A stretch of DNA of 64,000 nt from the human T2T-CHM13v2.0 reference genome, Homo sapiens. Shown here piece by piece: positions 1 through 15,040 of this stretch. The position numbers were made by a program, and so were the translations under genes. The notes under the pieces were generated by a model, which was not told the origin of the DNA, did not search any database, and was given only the letters and a program-made list of their open reading frames with translations. Positions within the stretch are counted from its first letter, which is position 1; each line of letters starts with the position of its first letter. Where the stretch lies: assembly GCF_009914755.1 (NCBI RefSeq), contig NC_060929.1; one strand, written 5' to 3'.

Positions 1-1173
<1,173 letters not shown>

Positions 1174-1578
1174 TGATATGGTTTGGATCTGTGTCCCCAC
1201 AAAGTCACATGTCGAATTGTAATCCCTAATGTTGGAGATGAGGACTACTGGGAGGTGATTGGATCATGGGGGCAGATTTCTTATGAATGGTTTAGCATTA
1301 TCCCCTTGGTACTGCCCTCATGAGTGAGCTCTCATGAGATCTGGTTGTTTAAAAGTGTGTGGTACCTCTCCTACTCTCTTGCTCCTGCTTTTAACGTGAA
1401 CTTTCTGCTCTTGCTTTGCCTTCTTCCATGAGTATAAGCTCCCTAAGGCCTCCCAGAAGCAGATGCCACTATGCCTCCTGTACAGTCTGCAGAACTGTAA
1501 GCCAATTAAACCTCTTTTCACTATAAATTACCCAGTCTCATGTATTTCTTTATAGCAATGTGAGAATGGCCTAATACA
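1174..1578 (+). mobile_element. MST-family (MSTA/MSTB-like) MaLR 3' LTR
   Basis: Starts tgatatggtttgg, ends ctaataca; contains aattaaacctctttt...ataaattacccagtctc. Confidence 0.9.
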
Positions 1579-2129
1579 TTCACTTACTAGTATAATCAGA
1601 AACAAATTATTTAAACTCTCTATCCTTCATTAGTCTCATCAGTTAAATGCATATAGTATATATCTCATTGCATTGTTAGACAATTATAACTAATATATTC
1701 AAAGCACTGAATACTGTCTGCTAGAGAAGTGCTCAATAAATACCAACTATACTCACAATCATCATTATTACTATTATTATCCCTTGGAACAACTCTCCTG
1801 GGAACCCACAGTCTCAGGCTGTCCTGTGACAAAGGAACATAGCATATCTACAATGCAGGAGCACCCCGAGTCATATCTGGGCACTTATGGGTCCAAGCTC
1901 AGAAGAGTGAGGCTCATGGGAAGGCAAGATCTTCCAGATCTAAGGTCCACCTTCCTCTCCAGGCCCTGACTCCTCCCCAGAGGAGCAGCAGTGTACCACT
2001 CCCTTTAAGGGCAGCCCTGTGCCTAAACCACACAATGGAATCATCTATCTAATCACAACACATTAACCAACACCAGCAGCGGAAAGTCGTTTCCTTCAGC
2101 TCACCTTTCCTTACAAGAAAAAGAGAAAA

Positions 2130-2315
2130 GCATCAGCTCTGTGACAATGGGCATGTTTCTTAAACACTCAGTGCCTAATTTTCTCAACTACAAAAGTAGA
2201 TAACATTGTATCTACATCATAAGGTTATGTGGATTTAATGGGTTAGTACATTCCACATGCTTAGAACAGTGCCTGGCACACAGGTAACAATTTTTTTAAA
2301 AAAACAGCTATTACT
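2130..2315 (+). mobile_element. MIR SINE fragment
   Basis: MIR core-like text: cttaaacactcagtgcctaattttctc ... gcttagaacagtgcctggcaca. Confidence 0.7.
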
Positions 2316-3729
2316 ACTCTCCCATAGCAATAGTACAGAGATAGTCCTTTCTTCAAGTATATAGTTCATTGTAAGCACTGCCTGGTTTATCTGATCATGG
2401 ATCTCCAAGACTGGAAATCCTGAGGGCTAGAACGAATTTATATTCACATTTCTATTTTCAGTACATTATATAGTGGGACTAGCGCAAAGTGACTCTCAAT
2501 GCATTTTTATTGACTAAATGAATGAATGGATAAATGCATCCATGAACAAATGATTTTCTTATTCAGTCATGTAAAGCCCAGATTACTGAAGAAAAATAAT
2601 CCATACAAACGAGAAACAGTAATGAAAATAAGGAGAGAATTACGCATCTCAATGAACCAGGAGCTTCCTTGGGGAGGGGGCTGCGTATTCATCTGATGAT
2701 GGATCGGGGCCCCTGGAAAGCATCCATCATTTCCAATCCTGGGCTTTGCTGGAGGAAATGAACCTCACATGGATAAATTAGTGATGGGCATGATAGTCAG
2801 TGACTCGTGTTCCTTTTGCAATTTCCTGTTCTACACAGCAGCTTATGCAGATTGAACAAAATGCCAGTGATACATCAGAAGCAAACTAAGGCATGGAAAT
2901 TTATAAAAATAAAGCCCTATTTTGCATTTGGTTAACTTTTAACTAAAGATACTCCTTCAACAAAAATGGTCTGTGAAACAGGCGACCTGCTATTTTAATT
3001 CTGATATTTAATGATATTGCAAAAGCCATCCTGATGTTCTGATCATAAGAAAGCAAAAAAAAATTACAATTGTAAAACCAGATAAAGAAAGGAGAGTACA
3101 GAGACAGAGAGAATCTGACTAAGAACAATTCCTAAACTTTAAATTAGTATCTGAGCATTGACTGAGAAATTAGAGTCCACAGGCGTGGGGGCAGAAAATC
3201 CAAGTCCATAGGAAAACATTGCTTTTTCTACGTTGTGAGGAAGATTAAGTAATAGATGCTTTGGGTTACCATGTAGCTCACTGGGAATGATCACTAGGAC
3301 ATTGAGGCCAATGTAGCTAGACAAATACTTACAACAAGTATTACATAAAAGTTTTAAGTTGATCCTCTTAACTAATTTGCCATCTGCATGTCAAAATTAT
3401 TCTCATTTTACAAACAAAACTGAGAGTCACAAAGTGACTGTCTCAAGATTAGATCATCAGTAAACTGTGGGGTTTGGCTTTAACACTCAGGCATTTTACC
3501 CTAAAGATTCATTCTCACCTCTCTGTCAGGTCTCCTGCATGTCGCTCTCCTATTTAAGCTATGTGTACACTGATAGACATTCGTACATGAAATTCACTTC
3601 AGTATTCAATCAGTAACCATAAAAATAAAGGAACTATAGGTAACTTATGGAATATGACATGGAGAATATCTGTTGGCATCAGGAACTACACTAAATTCCT
3701 CAATTAATATTCTTTTCTAGAAGGACAAG

Positions 3730-4135
3730 TGTGATGGTTTAAATATATGTGCCCCTCCAAAATTCATATGTTGAAACCCAATAATCCATGTGATAATATT
3801 AAGACATAGGGTCTTTTAGGAAGTGATTAAGTCATGAGCACTCCACCATCATGAATGGGAAGCACTTCCCCATCATGAATGTGATTAGTGCCTTTATAAA
3901 AGAGGTCGAAGGGAGTGCCCTAGCCCCCTTTTGCCCTACCACATTTTGCTATGTGAGGATGTAGCAACAAGATATAATCTTGGAAGAAGACATCTATTCC
4001 TCACCAGACACTGAATCTGCCAATGCCTTGATCTTGGACTTCCCAGCAACCAGAACTGTGAGAAATAAATTTCTATTATTTATAAATTACCCAGTTGTGG
4101 AAGCTTGTTACAACAGCAGGAAGGGACTCAGATAA
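3730..4135 (+). mobile_element. MLT1A/MSTD-like MaLR solo LTR
   Basis: tgtgatggtttaaat...ccctccaaaattcatatgttgaaacc start; ccttgatcttggacttcccagc...agaactgtgagaaataaatttct. Confidence 0.8.
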
Positions 4136-6200
4136 GATAACAAAGCACAACAATATCTCAGCAGCTTTGGTAACAGTGAATCCACCCACTGTTGCCACTC
4201 TGTACTGAAGAAGCTGTGAGGGCAAAATTTTAGAAGGAAAACCACGTTACAGCCTTATAGCATGGGTTACGATAAATATTAATATATCAATCTAATGTAG
4301 GGAAAAGTAACCAAAATAGCCACACTGGCCTGAAGAAAATCATGTATGTAGAAAGCTAACTAGATATTTATTTAAATATCTGAGTAGATATGTTAGAATT
4401 AAAAGACAGTAAAGTAGAATATGAATACTTATTATTTATCATATTCATAGGATTTAATGTTCTATAAAATATTTCACAATCGTGTTTTTACTATTCTTCT
4501 GAATTTCTCCCAGAGTGGCTCATATTTCCTATCATTGTCTGAGAAAAACACAATGTTTACACTAGGTTAAAACAGATTCAGGAATATCTGCTTTTCCCGA
4601 GCTGATGCAACTTTGAGAAGACAGAATGGAAAAATAAACAAAATCTTTTACAGCCTAACACAAAGAGCCTCAGCTGAGATGGCCAGAAGTGGGAGCCTAC
4701 CTTTGCTATCCTTGGAATCCTAGTTCAATTGACCTCATCAAGAAGTGGGCCAAATGGAGGCAAGTGGCTCATACCATTGTTTATTTTCTGAGCTAGGCTT
4801 CCCAGGAAATACTCTCCTGTATTTTTTTCTCTGTATAGATAATGCCATGTCCCCTGGAAGCCAACTAAGAGTCGGGGTGGGGTGGGTGCAGAACAAGAAG
4901 AAGATATAACCACTAGAGCACCATTTCTGGCTTTCCATACCCCTATTACAAAAGAATGAGGGTCCCATATCTCTTTCTAGCATTTCAATCACTGCCCTAT
5001 CCTTTTCAATGATGAATGATCTATGTTAAGCATTTTATATAGACAGATTTTTTTAATCCTAGCAATTCTAAGAGGCTATTATCATGCCCATTTTAAAAAT
5101 AAACAGAGGCTTAGAGAGTTTAATCAACCCGACCAAGGTCATTCAGCTAGTCAATAAGAGTCAAGATTTGAACCCCGAGACGATCTGAGCCAAGAGGCCA
5201 CTGTGTTCCCCACTTCTTAACTGCATCTTTCTACAAATATCTTTACACTGAGGGTAAAGTGGCATAGAGCTGGACTCTGCATCTTCGACGTTTGAAAACT
5301 CTCATTCTCTGTTTCTGCTAAAAGTAAAGGCAACACTCCTAAAAAGCCTTACTTGTACAACAATTTTTACAATCAACCCTGAGGTTTCCTTTCCTAGAAT
5401 TCATCCTAGTAAAATTACTTGAAAACTAATGATTTGTCATTTCTTGAGAAAGGTATCCTTCTGCCTCAGGATTTCCTAGGATCCTGGCTGGTTGAACAAA
5501 AAAGGGGTCATGAATATGATAACTCCTGGCTCACTGCAGTAAGGGGTGCCCTGAACCTGTAATGTGGTGATATGATTCCCCCAATTGCTGGGTACTTTTA
5601 GGAAATGAATCATCCTAGTTGGTGTACCCACATATTTCCACAGCATGTACACATACAGTTCAGAAAGAAGGCATTTGCAGAAATAACAGAACTGTATTCA
5701 CTAACCAAGGTAAGAAGAAATATAACTCAAAGATTAAAAGGAGGGGGCACTTCCCTTTCTCTTTCTTCCTAAGATCATAATTCAGCCTTTCAGCCATGTA
5801 GTTCCATGCTTGATCTTTTCCCTTTTAATGTATTATTTGTGTTGCTGCTGCTGCTGGGAAACTTTGATGTAAGAGACCAGAGGGAGGCAAGGATGTCATC
5901 CTGGGGAAGCAGGGGTGTCCCTTTGGCACTGTGAGCTCTCTCCCTCACTTACTTCCTTTTAAGCTTACCCATGTTGTATCCTGCAAGACCTTGGAGAATA
6001 AATCTTATCTCAAGGGTTTGCAAGGCCCTAAGGCAAAAAGTCAAGAACTAGTAAAAACAATTCCCTGAGCTTCAAACTACCAAAGCTTAGGGCTGTCTTG
6101 CAAAGGTGCTAATTCACCATATAACTGCATATGTCATTCACCATACCTTCAACCAATATTTAATAACTGCTAGGTACTGTGGGAGATACAGAGAAACAGT

Positions 6201-7050
6201 ATGTGACAGATACTACTGGTTGCTTACCCAACAGCCATTCCTTTCAACCTCCTTGCTTAGAGCATTCAAATTTTGTTTAAGTGTCTGTACAACCCTCAGG
6301 GAAGGTGGCCCTGTCTCCACTTCAGCTGATAAGTCTGAGTCATGCGTCAGCAAATGATGGTTCACACACCAAATCCAGTCCATGTCTATTTTTGTAAATA
6401 AAAAAATTCATTTATGTACTATTTATGTATGTTTTTGTGCAACGATCCCAAAATCGAGTATAGGACATCCTCACTAAACGTTGTTGTTGACTTCAAGCAA
6501 AACAACATACTGCAAGCCACAGGAACTTACCTCTTGTTTATATCAATTAGCCCAAGGTAAAATTGGCTTCTTTATACTTTGTTTTAAAGTTGCAGTTTCC
6601 AAGATCTCATCAATGACATGAAGTGAGGACTTACTGTGGTTACACCAGAGACCATCTGGACCTTCACAGAAAATGTTTGATGACTGCTGCTCTATGCCAG
6701 TCATAACAATACAATTCCCATTGCCAGTGTTTGCTTTCTTTACAGGTGGACAAGTAACCCAGTATTAATAAATGATATTTAAAGAAAAGTCTGCTGGGGA
6801 ACAACTGGGGAAAAAAAAGAGATTCCTTTTCTTCCACTGTAGTTGTGGATGTGATTCCATCTTGTATTCATGAGGGAGGCCAGTTTGAAGACCAGGTTGA
6901 CATCCTGGCTATGGCAGAGCAGAAATGTGGAAATAACCTGTGTCCCTGATGACATCTTTGAGCTGTTGAGCTAGCTAACCCTGGAGCCAGAGACTTCTGC
7001 ATTTTCTGTCATGTAAGATAATGTGTCCTCATTGTTTAAACCAGGTAAGT
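6201..7050 (+). mobile_element. Old MLT1 (MLT1J-like) LTR with nested MER58-like and Tigger4-like DNA-transposon pieces (~6360-6690)
   Basis: MLT1J-like motifs (tccctgatgacatctttgagctg; ttgtttaaacca); internal segment tcctcactaaacgttg ... gaagtgaggacttactgt resembles Tigger4 termini. Confidence 0.55.
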
Positions 7051-9150
7051 TAGGATAATTATCTCTTCTTGATAAATTGACCTCTTTATCCTTAAAAAAG
7101 GACTTTCTTTTACCCTGGTATTAGTCTTTAAATAATATCATATTGAACTTTAAGAAATAACCTTATTTGACCATGGTAATATTCTTTGCTCTAAAATCTA
7201 CTTTGTCTGATATTAGCATAACCACTCCAGCTTTCTTTTGATTATTGTTAGCATGAAAAGCTTTCTCCATCCTTTACTTTTAACCTGTTGGTTTCTTTTC
7301 ATTTCAAATGTGTTTCTTACAGGCAAGATATAGTTTGGGTCTTGATTTTTGTCCAGTCTGGCAATAATTGCCTTTTCATTGGGTTATTTAGATCATTTAC
7401 ACTTAATGTGATTATTGATACAGTTTAAATCCATAATTTTGCTATTTGATTTTCATTTGTTCAATTTTTGCTTTGTTTCCTTTTTCCACTTTTCTGTTTA
7501 TTTTAAATTAATTGAGTAGTTTTATAATCCTATAGTTATTCCTTTCTTGGCTAACTTCAGGGTTGCTTTAGGGTTTATAGAATACAACTACAAGTTATCT
7601 TATACTGCTTCCTATTTAGTATAGGAAGTTTACATCAGTATACTTCTATTTTTCCCCTCACATTTTGCTATTTTTATTATAAATTTTACTTTATATATGT
7701 TAAAAATTCCATAGTCTACTATCATTTTAAAAGATTTAAGTAGTTAAAAAAAGATCTTATATATTTACCATGTGGTCACCATTTCTGGGCTCTTTATTTC
7801 TTTGTGTAGAGTCTTATTTCCAAGCAGCGTTATTTTCCTTCTGTTTAAAGACTGCATTCACTTTACAAGTCTGCTGGATAAATTCTATGAGCTTCTGCAT
7901 ATTTTAAAAACTATTTTGCCTTCAGTTTTGAAAGATATTTTCACTGGATATAGAATTCTTCATCACTGGCTTTCTCTGTGAACTTTAAAAAAAAAAAAAA
8001 AAAAGCCTTCATGTCTTCTTGCTTGCATTGCTCCCTGTAAGAAATTTGCTGTAATTTTATCTTTGTCCCTCTGTATGTAATGTCTTTTTTCTTCCGGATA
8101 GTATTAAGATTTTCTCTTTATCGCTGGTTTTGAGCAATTTGTGTAATAATAGGATAATTATCTCTTCTTGATAAATTGACCTCTTTAAGAATGGTAAAGG
8201 TAAAATAAGGTTTTATTTTACTCTGGTATTACTCTTTAGGAAATATAATCTTAAAGTTTGTGCTTTCTCTTGTTTTTTTCTTTATGTTTATTGGCTTGAG
8301 TTTTATTGAGCTTCTTAGAACTCAATTGTCATAAAATTTGGGAAAGTGTTGGCCAATATTTCTTCAAATATTTTTTATACAGCCATCCCTTTCTTCTCTC
8401 CTTTGGAGACTTTATTTATATTAAGCAGCTTGAAGTTGTCATTATCTCACTATTTATTGACATTCTGTTCAGTTTTGTTTATTCTCTTTTCCCTTTGTGT
8501 TCCATTTTAGATCGTTTCTATTTTCATATCTTCAAGTTCATTAATCTTTTCTTCTGCAATGTCTATTCTGAAATTATTCCCAGGCAAAGTATTTTTTATT
8601 CCTCATTGTAGTTTTCACCTTTGGAAGTTCAGTTTGAGTCTTTATTATGCTTTCCATGTCTCTACCTAATGTTTTAAGCAAAAACTATTTTAATGTCCTT
8701 GTCTGATATTTCTAACATCTCTATCAGTTTGGGGACAATTTCAAATATGAGTTCATCTTCTCATTATGGGTTGTATTTCCTAATTGTTTGCAATGACTCA
8801 ACTTTTATTTGATTCAAGATATTGTAAATTTTACCCTATTAGATGCTGGATATTTTTGTATTTTTATAAATGTGCTTGAACTGAACGCAGCTAAGCTACA
8901 AGGATACAGTTTGATGCTTTCAGATTTTGCTTTTAGGATTTATTAGGCAGAAACAGAGCAATGCTAACTATAAGGGCTAATTCATTCCTACAGTGTGGCA
9001 AGACCTTTCTCTATACTTTATCCAATGGTACTATCCCCATCCCATGTGAACACTGTACACTGATAGATCTAACGGGTAGTATTTCCCCTCAACCTCTGGA
9101 AATTTCTTTACATTTATTTAATAATTACTACTGAGCTGAATACTCTTTGT
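7051..9150 (-). mobile_element. Old L1M (L1MC/MD-like) fragment
   Basis: T-rich antisense L1 text (tgtctgatattagcataaccactccagctttcttttg; gaaagatattttcactggatatagaattct). Confidence 0.7.
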
Positions 9151-9870
9151 TACCATCACTTCCTCAGATCTTATCAATCTAACAGCCTCAACAACAACAA
9201 AACCTCTAAGAAGATTATGCCTAAAGTATTTATTTCTCTGGTTTGGAACTTTCTCCTGAGTTACAGTCCAGTATTTTCCAGTGGTCTGCCGGATATCTCT
9301 ACCTGGATTGACTACCAACACGCTAAATACAATATATCCAAAACAGAAATTATCATCTTTTTCTTCCTCCAGCAACTTTTTATTCTAATCTTTATAACCC
9401 AGTGGCTCCTTCTAATGCATTTAATGTTAGTATAATTTCAATCAGGTTCCAAAACCCATGGTGATCTTTCACACTACCTCCTTTCTCAAACTGCAAATGT
9501 CTCACATATCCATCATTTATTTTCTATCTTTAGAAAATGTTCTATTCTCTGCCATTACTGAAGTTTGACCTCCCAAATGGTCTTTCTGACAATATCACTT
9601 TACATGTTTAAAGAATAATGTCTTGAAAGATGTATTTTAATCCTGTCACTATTTTCTTCTAAAACTTCAGTGATTATCAATTGCCTGCTGAAAAAAGTTT
9701 TAAAAAGTCCAACTTTGTCAGTCTAGCCTTCAGCAAACTTCCCTTTTATGTCCCCTGCCACTGTGCAGAATGTGCTCCAGCCAATCTTCCTGGACTCTTT
9801 TTTCAATCCATTTCTCATACCACTCTCTGTGGCTGGAATGTCTTCCCTCCCCACTATCAAAATTATATAA
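9150..9870 (+). mobile_element. L2 LINE fragment
   Basis: tctcctgagttacagtccagtattttccagtggtctgccggatatctctacctgg resembles L2 3' region. Confidence 0.55.
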
Positions 9871-9879
9871 ATCCTTAAT

Positions 9880-10375
9880 GAAAATGTAACTGGTACAGTT
9901 TTTTAGAAAGCAATAATCAACCAGCACTAAAATTTTACATGCCCTTTTATTCTAATATTTTACATTTAGAATTTTACACTAAGGAAATAATAATGGATGT
10001 GAACAAAAAGTTGGCTTAAAGGATGTTTATATTACCACATTCTATAATGGGAAACTGGAAATAGTCTAAATGTTCAGTAATGGGATATTTAATAATAAAA
10101 TATGCAATTACTAAAAAATGTTATAGAGGGATATTTAGTAATGGAGAAATATGTTCTTTATATTAAAAACTAATAGAATATGTGTTATGTAATCTCTGTT
10201 TTATTTTTTAAATGTGATAGATTGATAATATCTAGATAACCAGACATATAGAGATTAAAAGAATATACACTAATCTTTTAACAATGGTTATTTCTGTGTG
10301 GTGAAATAATAAATTTTCTTCTATGTATTTACTTGTATTGGTTTAATTTTCTATAGTAAATGTGTATTATCTTCA
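9880..10375 (+). mobile_element. Old L1ME-like 3' end
   Basis: Decayed L1 3' text (aactggaaatagtctaaatgttcagtaatggga; ttaacaatggttatttctg). Confidence 0.55.
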
Positions 10376-11701
10376 CAACTTGGAAAACTCTTAGCTAGTA
10401 TTTAAAAAACAGCTCTTAAGCAGTCTCTTCTTTGGCTACTTAAGTGTTCATTTGTCACTTGTATTACCTAGGAGCTTGTATCATAGATATTTATGTGTCT
10501 CTATTTCTTCTACAAACCCCTTGATAGCAGAGTATATTTCAAAGGGCTTTGGGCCCTCCAGTATCTCACACAGCTGAATACTCACTATTTTGTCACTAAA
10601 AGAGTGACATTTAGGCTGTAGATAGGAGCACAAAGGCTGCAGATTAAAAAGGAGACAATGGCCATTGGTCAATGCAAGAGGTATATTTAGTTTACTCTTG
10701 AGTTTTCAATTCCACTTCTTCAGTTTTCCCATTAACTCTAGATAAACTTTTTATATTTATTCCACAAATCTACCATAGGAAAATATAATACCCAACATTT
10801 TGGTTTTCTTTTTCCAAAGAAAAAAATCATAGAATATTTAAGGATTGTTTGATATTTTAAAACCTTGGTAACTTACAATATCAACAATATATTCCTTGGT
10901 TGATATCACTATAAACTCTCTCACTGGAAGATTGCTTCTATTCCTTCAAAAACACACTTAGAACCCTGCTTCCTGGCAGATAGTAGGGACATAAAAAGCT
11001 GAGTCAGCCCGGTAGACTTTCTACCAGGAGAATAATTACTAACTGGCATGCAGCCTGCAGAAAAAAAATCTATGAGGGTGGAAACTATCATTTACAGGGA
11101 ACCTAATCTCAGGAGTAACAGAGTTAAACATGGTGTTCTACATTTCTATTCTTGAAGCGACCCAGGGCTAACACCTGCCAAGGTTTTAAAACATTATAAA
11201 AGGATATTTAGTAATGGAGAAATATGCTCTTTACTTTAAAAAATAATAGAATATGTATAATGTCATCCCCATTTTATTTTTTAAATGTGATAGAGATTGA
11301 TAATATCTAGATAACTAGACAAACTAATGGCTAAAAGAAGCATACAAACTCAAATGCCAAGAAGCATGCAAACACAAATCAAAATTTGAGGATGAACTCA
11401 CCCCTTGTGAAGTTTTCTTCCTGAAAGACCTGGGGTCCAGAATTGTTTTTTCCACAACACTTAAAAATGTGGCTAAAGCTTCCCTATTTATTTCCGGGGC
11501 AAAGCTGCATCCTGTCCCATGCTATATCTCAAAAATGAGAAGGAGAATCCGTACTTCCCATGTTTGGTGGTCACAGTCCACCTCTAACAAGATTGTTTAT
11601 AATGATGAGAGGTGTTCCACCAACAAGGCTCTTTTGTACTTCCTTGCCATGCTTGGAACCCTATCTACATAACTAGTAAAATGAGAATTACCTGGAGAGC
11701 T

Positions 11702-12520
11702 ATATATTAGTTGTGAAATGCTGTGAAATAAGTCATCTCAAAATTTAGTTACTTCAGGGAAAATAATTTAGAAGAGGCATGTCTGGCAGGTCTGGCTCAG
11801 TCTCTCAAAGAGTTGTAGTGAGACATCCACTGGGGCTGTAGTCGTTAGAAGACCAGTTTTGGGGAGAGGACCTACTTCCAATGTGGCTCATTCACATGGC
11901 TGGCAAGGTAGTGCTGATTGTCATCAGCAAGCCTCAGTTCCTCTCCATGTGGGCCTCTCCTCAGAGCCATTGTGTATCCTCATGACGTGGTAGCTAGGTT
12001 CCCCCAGAGCAAGCAACAAGAGACCTAGCAGAAGCTGCAATGCCTTTTATAGCCTGCCATTAGAAGTCACACACTGTCAGTTCTGCTGTGCTCTTTTGGT
12101 CAAATGGGTCAGCCCGGATTTAATGTGGGAGATGACACAAAGGCAAAAACACCAGAAAGTGAAGCTCATTGGGGAAGGCAATCTTGAGTCTGGCTACCAC
12201 CGCCCACCCTCTAGCCCCCAGTTCTGAGCCTGCTGTTGTGAGACTTGAGGGCCCAGGGGATGGGATTAGTATATTCTACATGTGGAAGGAATGTGAATTG
12301 TTGTGGCCATGGAGTGGACTGAGACAGTATTTTCCACAGACAGCCACATCTATGTGTTTATCCCACATACTCTTCTTGCAATGTGACTGACACTCCTCCC
12401 ACAAATTGGTGGGATTTATGTTTTCTTCGCTTAAATTGGGGAGAGGGTGGGTTACTACCCCAACAAATGGAGTACGGCAGAAGTGATGTTCTGTAAACCC
12501 TCTGAGGCTAGAACATAATA
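11702..12520. mobile_element. MLT1 (F/G/H-like) LTR on minus (~11702-12200) abutting an MLT1 internal end plus LTR start on plus (~12270-12520)
   Basis: cacatggctggcaagg, cctcagttcctctccatgtgggcctctcc, ttagaagtcacacactgtca; then gaatgtgaattgttgtggcc...gac|tgagacag. Confidence 0.6.
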
Positions 12521-13307
12521 AGGACACACTAATTTGAGGTAATGGATAACTAACAGAATAATTTTAAATATACTTGTTACAACTACAAATCTCCAGGCCA
12601 CACTTCAGACTCATTCAGTGAGATTCCCTAGGCAGGGAAAAGCCTGGGAAACTTAATTTCCCAAGTACCCCAGATGATTCTTATCATCAATGATGTTTGG
12701 GAAATTTTGATGGAATAACCTGCTATTTCACAAGTCTCGATGGAATAAATCCACTTGGTTTTTATGTTTGATTGCCTATGCATTTCATCTACTTTGTGAA
12801 AACTACAATTGAACTGGAAATTGAACCTAAAAATGGTTCTAAATGAGATGAACTTGTAGGTTTAACTCTTAAATTTTATATTAGATCATCAAAAGGCAGT
12901 ACTTGAAAAATAAATTTTAAAAATGCAATAGCAAAGTTTCATAGGTTTTTTCAAGAAAGACTGTGGAATCTTCTTTTTTATATCTTTACATACAGGTCAG
13001 CTTTGAACTATCAGGAGAAGTACAGAACAGAAGGCAAAAAATATCATTTTCTATATAAACTCTAAACATACCGATACAGTATGGGATAACCTCCAAGTAA
13101 TACTAAGTTTAAAATTAAAGGATCTAACAATGCTAGGTATTATTTAAGTGGTAAATACATAAAACTGCCTCTGTACAGACACACAAAACTGGAATGGTGG
13201 TTGTCTCTAGAAATGAGAATTGTATGGCTGGGGTAAAAGTTATTTTTAAATGAGTAAATTTTCTTATTTTAAAATAAGAAAAGATGACTTATTTTTCACT
13301 GAGCACC

Positions 13308-13631
13308 TTTATTAGTCCATTCTTGCACTGTTATAGAAACATATCTAAGACTGGGTAATTTATAAAGGAAAGAGATTTAATGGACTCACAGTTCCACATG
13401 GCTAGGGAAGCCTCAGGAAACTTACAATCATGGTGACAGGCGAGAGACAGCATATGTGTTGGTGTAGGAAAAATTACCATTTAGAAAACCATCAGATCTT
13501 ATGAGAATTCACTCAGTATCACAAGAACAGCATGAGGAAATCTTCCCCCATAATCCAATCACTTCCCACCAGGTATCTCCCTACACACCTGGGGATTACA
13601 ATTCAAGATGAGATTTGGCCTAACCATATCA
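13308..13631 (-). mobile_element. THE1-family MaLR solo LTR inserted in an old L1ME 3' end
   Basis: t(t)tattagtccattc ... ctaaccatatca termini; 5-bp TSD gcacc/gcatc. Confidence 0.88.
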
Positions 13632-14879
13632 GCATCTTTTATATCCTTTGAATTTTGTACTGGGATCACATAATCCTTCAAAAAGGTGATAAATAAAATG
13701 TTTTAAAAATATCTTTCACTTTAAAGACCTCTTGGAAATCATTCTAAAACATGAATTATATCATTATTGGTTACAGTTAATTATTTTTTCTTCTTAGGTT
13801 TAGCAGTAAAATGAAACTTGATATTCTTCAGGACTAGCGATCTTGATAGATTAAACTTTAGCCAATATAGAGTTGATAGCTCCATCCGCATTTCCTACTG
13901 GCTCTCTCAGTTGTCCCTGTCCATCCTCCACCTCTGACAGAGCACAGCCCTTAAACCCTGTACAACTGGGACTCTTGCCAGGGGCCCATGCTTAGAGATT
14001 CCTGCTCTGACCCTTCTCTGGCCCTGCCTATCACACTCACTAAAGAACCTACAGCCAAGGAGATGTGTCCACTCCCAGCCCACAGGCCCTTTCTAGATCA
14101 CACTCAGGATATACCTGGGAGAATTTCCTACCCCATGACTTCAACCCACTTGTGCACAGGCCACTATCTTAGGTCTATCCTCTTGAGAGGTGGCCAAGGG
14201 GCAGCTGTTTGATGGAGAAGGAACTGAACAGAGCCTGACAAGTAGTCTGAGCAGTCCACACACATACACATGAAACCCTTCGCAGTGCAGAAAGGAGAGG
14301 AGGATGGGAAGAAAAGGGTATGGGTTGCAGCCTCCATTTGTGCTCTTGTCCCCGTGTTTATGGGAGAAGCCCCCAAAATATTAGGAATAGGCCTGCTCAA
14401 CACCCCTCACTTCTGACATCCATTCTCCATCTTCTGTCTACCCCAAATAGACCAGACAGTCATCAAGATGAAGGTCTGCCTTGACTTTTTGTCCTTGGCA
14501 GAGCAAGGAAGCAGTTGCACATAGCATTTAAGAGCAATTTTAGAAAATCCCTGAATCTTAATATATTATTGCTCTGTCTTTATTGACTTAGAATAAATGC
14601 ATTTCCAACAATATGGCACATTCAACAATGTGAGAATTTTTAAAAAGCTGGAACCATCATATCTCAGCTCTTAAACAAAGTTAAGACTTTACTTCACAAA
14701 ATACCACAGACTTTGGATTTAAAAGTTCCATGACCTGTTTTTTTCACTCTAGGCTCTCCATAACCCTGGGGAAGTTCCTCCCTTGCCTGTATCCCAGTCC
14801 CCCCTTTACCATGTTCTATTTTTAACACCCTCACCTTTTAAACATAATATAAATATACAATTATCATGTTTATTCTTTG

Positions 14880-15040
14880 CTGTTCTCTCACTATCCCCCC
14901 CATACACATACGCACTAGAACATAAGTCTCATGAGAGTAAGAACTGTAGTGTATTTTGTTCACTGATGTATCCCAAGTACCTAGAATAATGTCTGTCACA
15001 AGGTAATTACTCAATGAATATTTATTGCATAAATGAAACC
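14880..15040 (+). mobile_element. L2 3' end
   Basis: cactagaacataagtctcatgag...cctagaataatgtctg...ctcaatgaatatttattgcataaatgaa. Confidence 0.65.

Noticed and set aside
13780-13860. Strong-looking splice acceptors on plus (13797; also 28714, 49292)
   Set aside because: No paired donor or coding frame could be established; such motifs are common in AT-rich DNA.
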